A stretch of 63,816 nt of DNA, filler included, from Bigelowiella natans CCMP2755 (lineage: Eukaryota; Protista; Cercozoa): the NCBI GenBank assembly GCA_000320545.1. It is 9 parts of 9 records of this genome, joined end to end, with 100 filler letters (N's around TTAATTAATTAA, not from the genome) between each part and the next. Parts side by side here need not be neighbours in the genome. Positions count along the whole stretch, not along the records: positions 61,525 to 63,816 come from ADNK01001901.1; 8 more parts are not named here. The stretch is one strand, 5' to 3'. Below, piece after piece: positions 63,121-63,816 of this stretch (position 1 is the first letter of the stretch; each line of letters opens with the position of its first letter). The translations under genes and the position numbers were made by a program. Under the pieces are notes generated by a model. It saw only the letters and a program-made list of their open reading frames with translations, made no database searches and was not told the DNA's origin.

Positions 63121-63816
63121 TTCAAAAGGGAAGCGCACAACACAATGAGACCCGATAATCGCGAGGCAATAGAAAGGTAAAGGTGTGGGCAAAAGCGAAG
63201 GTTATTCGGTTTCAACCAATAATCGACATGTGCAGCAGTAGCATGGAGGGGGGTGTTTCACAGGTGCAAAAGTGTACTTTAAAACCAACTTCCCTCCCCC
63301 CCCCCCCCCCCCACGCCCACTTCCGCCACTTTAGCATCCTCCTCTATGCTTAGCCCATCTTGCATGCGTCAATGCACAAACGCGGTGTCCCAATCTTCAA
63401 TGGCCACGCATGTTGCACCGTTGTCCACATATCACGCTAGCATGTTAGCACATCGCTCTGCTTGCAGTGCAAGCATATATGTGTGGTATTAGTGTGGACG
63501 CAACAACCATCCTGCTCATGCTGCTGATAGCGTGCCGTCTCGGTCATCGATCCCCAAAACCACATCGTCGCCCACCATGCGCACGAGCTCCGCAGCAGCT
63601 GAGAATAGAGTGCATCAAAGCATTAATCTAGCAAAAAAGTTGAGCTTTTTGATGCTAAAATAAGGGCTAGAGAAAAGGCCCCGTCCGAGGCACACATTAC
63701 CACCAAGATACCGCAGAAATTCAGTCTGACAAATGGCCACAGACCAGCTATCTGCATGGCCTCTCATCATTTTACCTGTCTTCACTGAATCTTCTGATGA
63801 GCCTTCCACGGTGATC

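Overview
Eukaryotic, intron-rich protist DNA with (TA)n/(CA)n/(GA)n microsatellites in introns and flagellar genes; the host cannot be named from sequence alone. The window is nine separate contigs joined by artificial 100-bp N44-TTAATTAATTAA-N44 linkers, so adjacency across linkers means nothing. Recognisable host genes: EFTUD2/Snu114, RNase H1, LIN37, SPAG6/PF16, a CFAP161-calcyphosin fusion, a COPI-associated (Tvp15-like) protein, a Zwint-1-like protein, an intronless alpha/beta hydrolase, VDAC, and fragments of an ARHGAP39-like RhoGAP, a RalGAP subunit and an EF-hand protein. Highlights: (1) an intact, very recent Ty3/gypsy LTR retrotransposon (326-bp LTRs, 4-bp TSD) whose single gag-pol ORF ends in a domain resembling the DIRS-type N6-adenine methyltransferase; (2) a 5.6-kb AT-rich virophage/Polinton-like-virus contig with a divergent family-B polymerase, paralogous fibre genes, TCTA promoter motifs and intergenic hairpins; (3) a tandem duplication whose two genes share a near-identical promoter and N-terminus but have unrelated C-termini; (4) CATG/CTAG-palindrome islands downstream of genes and a strong CpA/TpG-versus-TpA substitution bias between duplicate copies. 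All homology calls come from motif recognition by eye, not from database searches.
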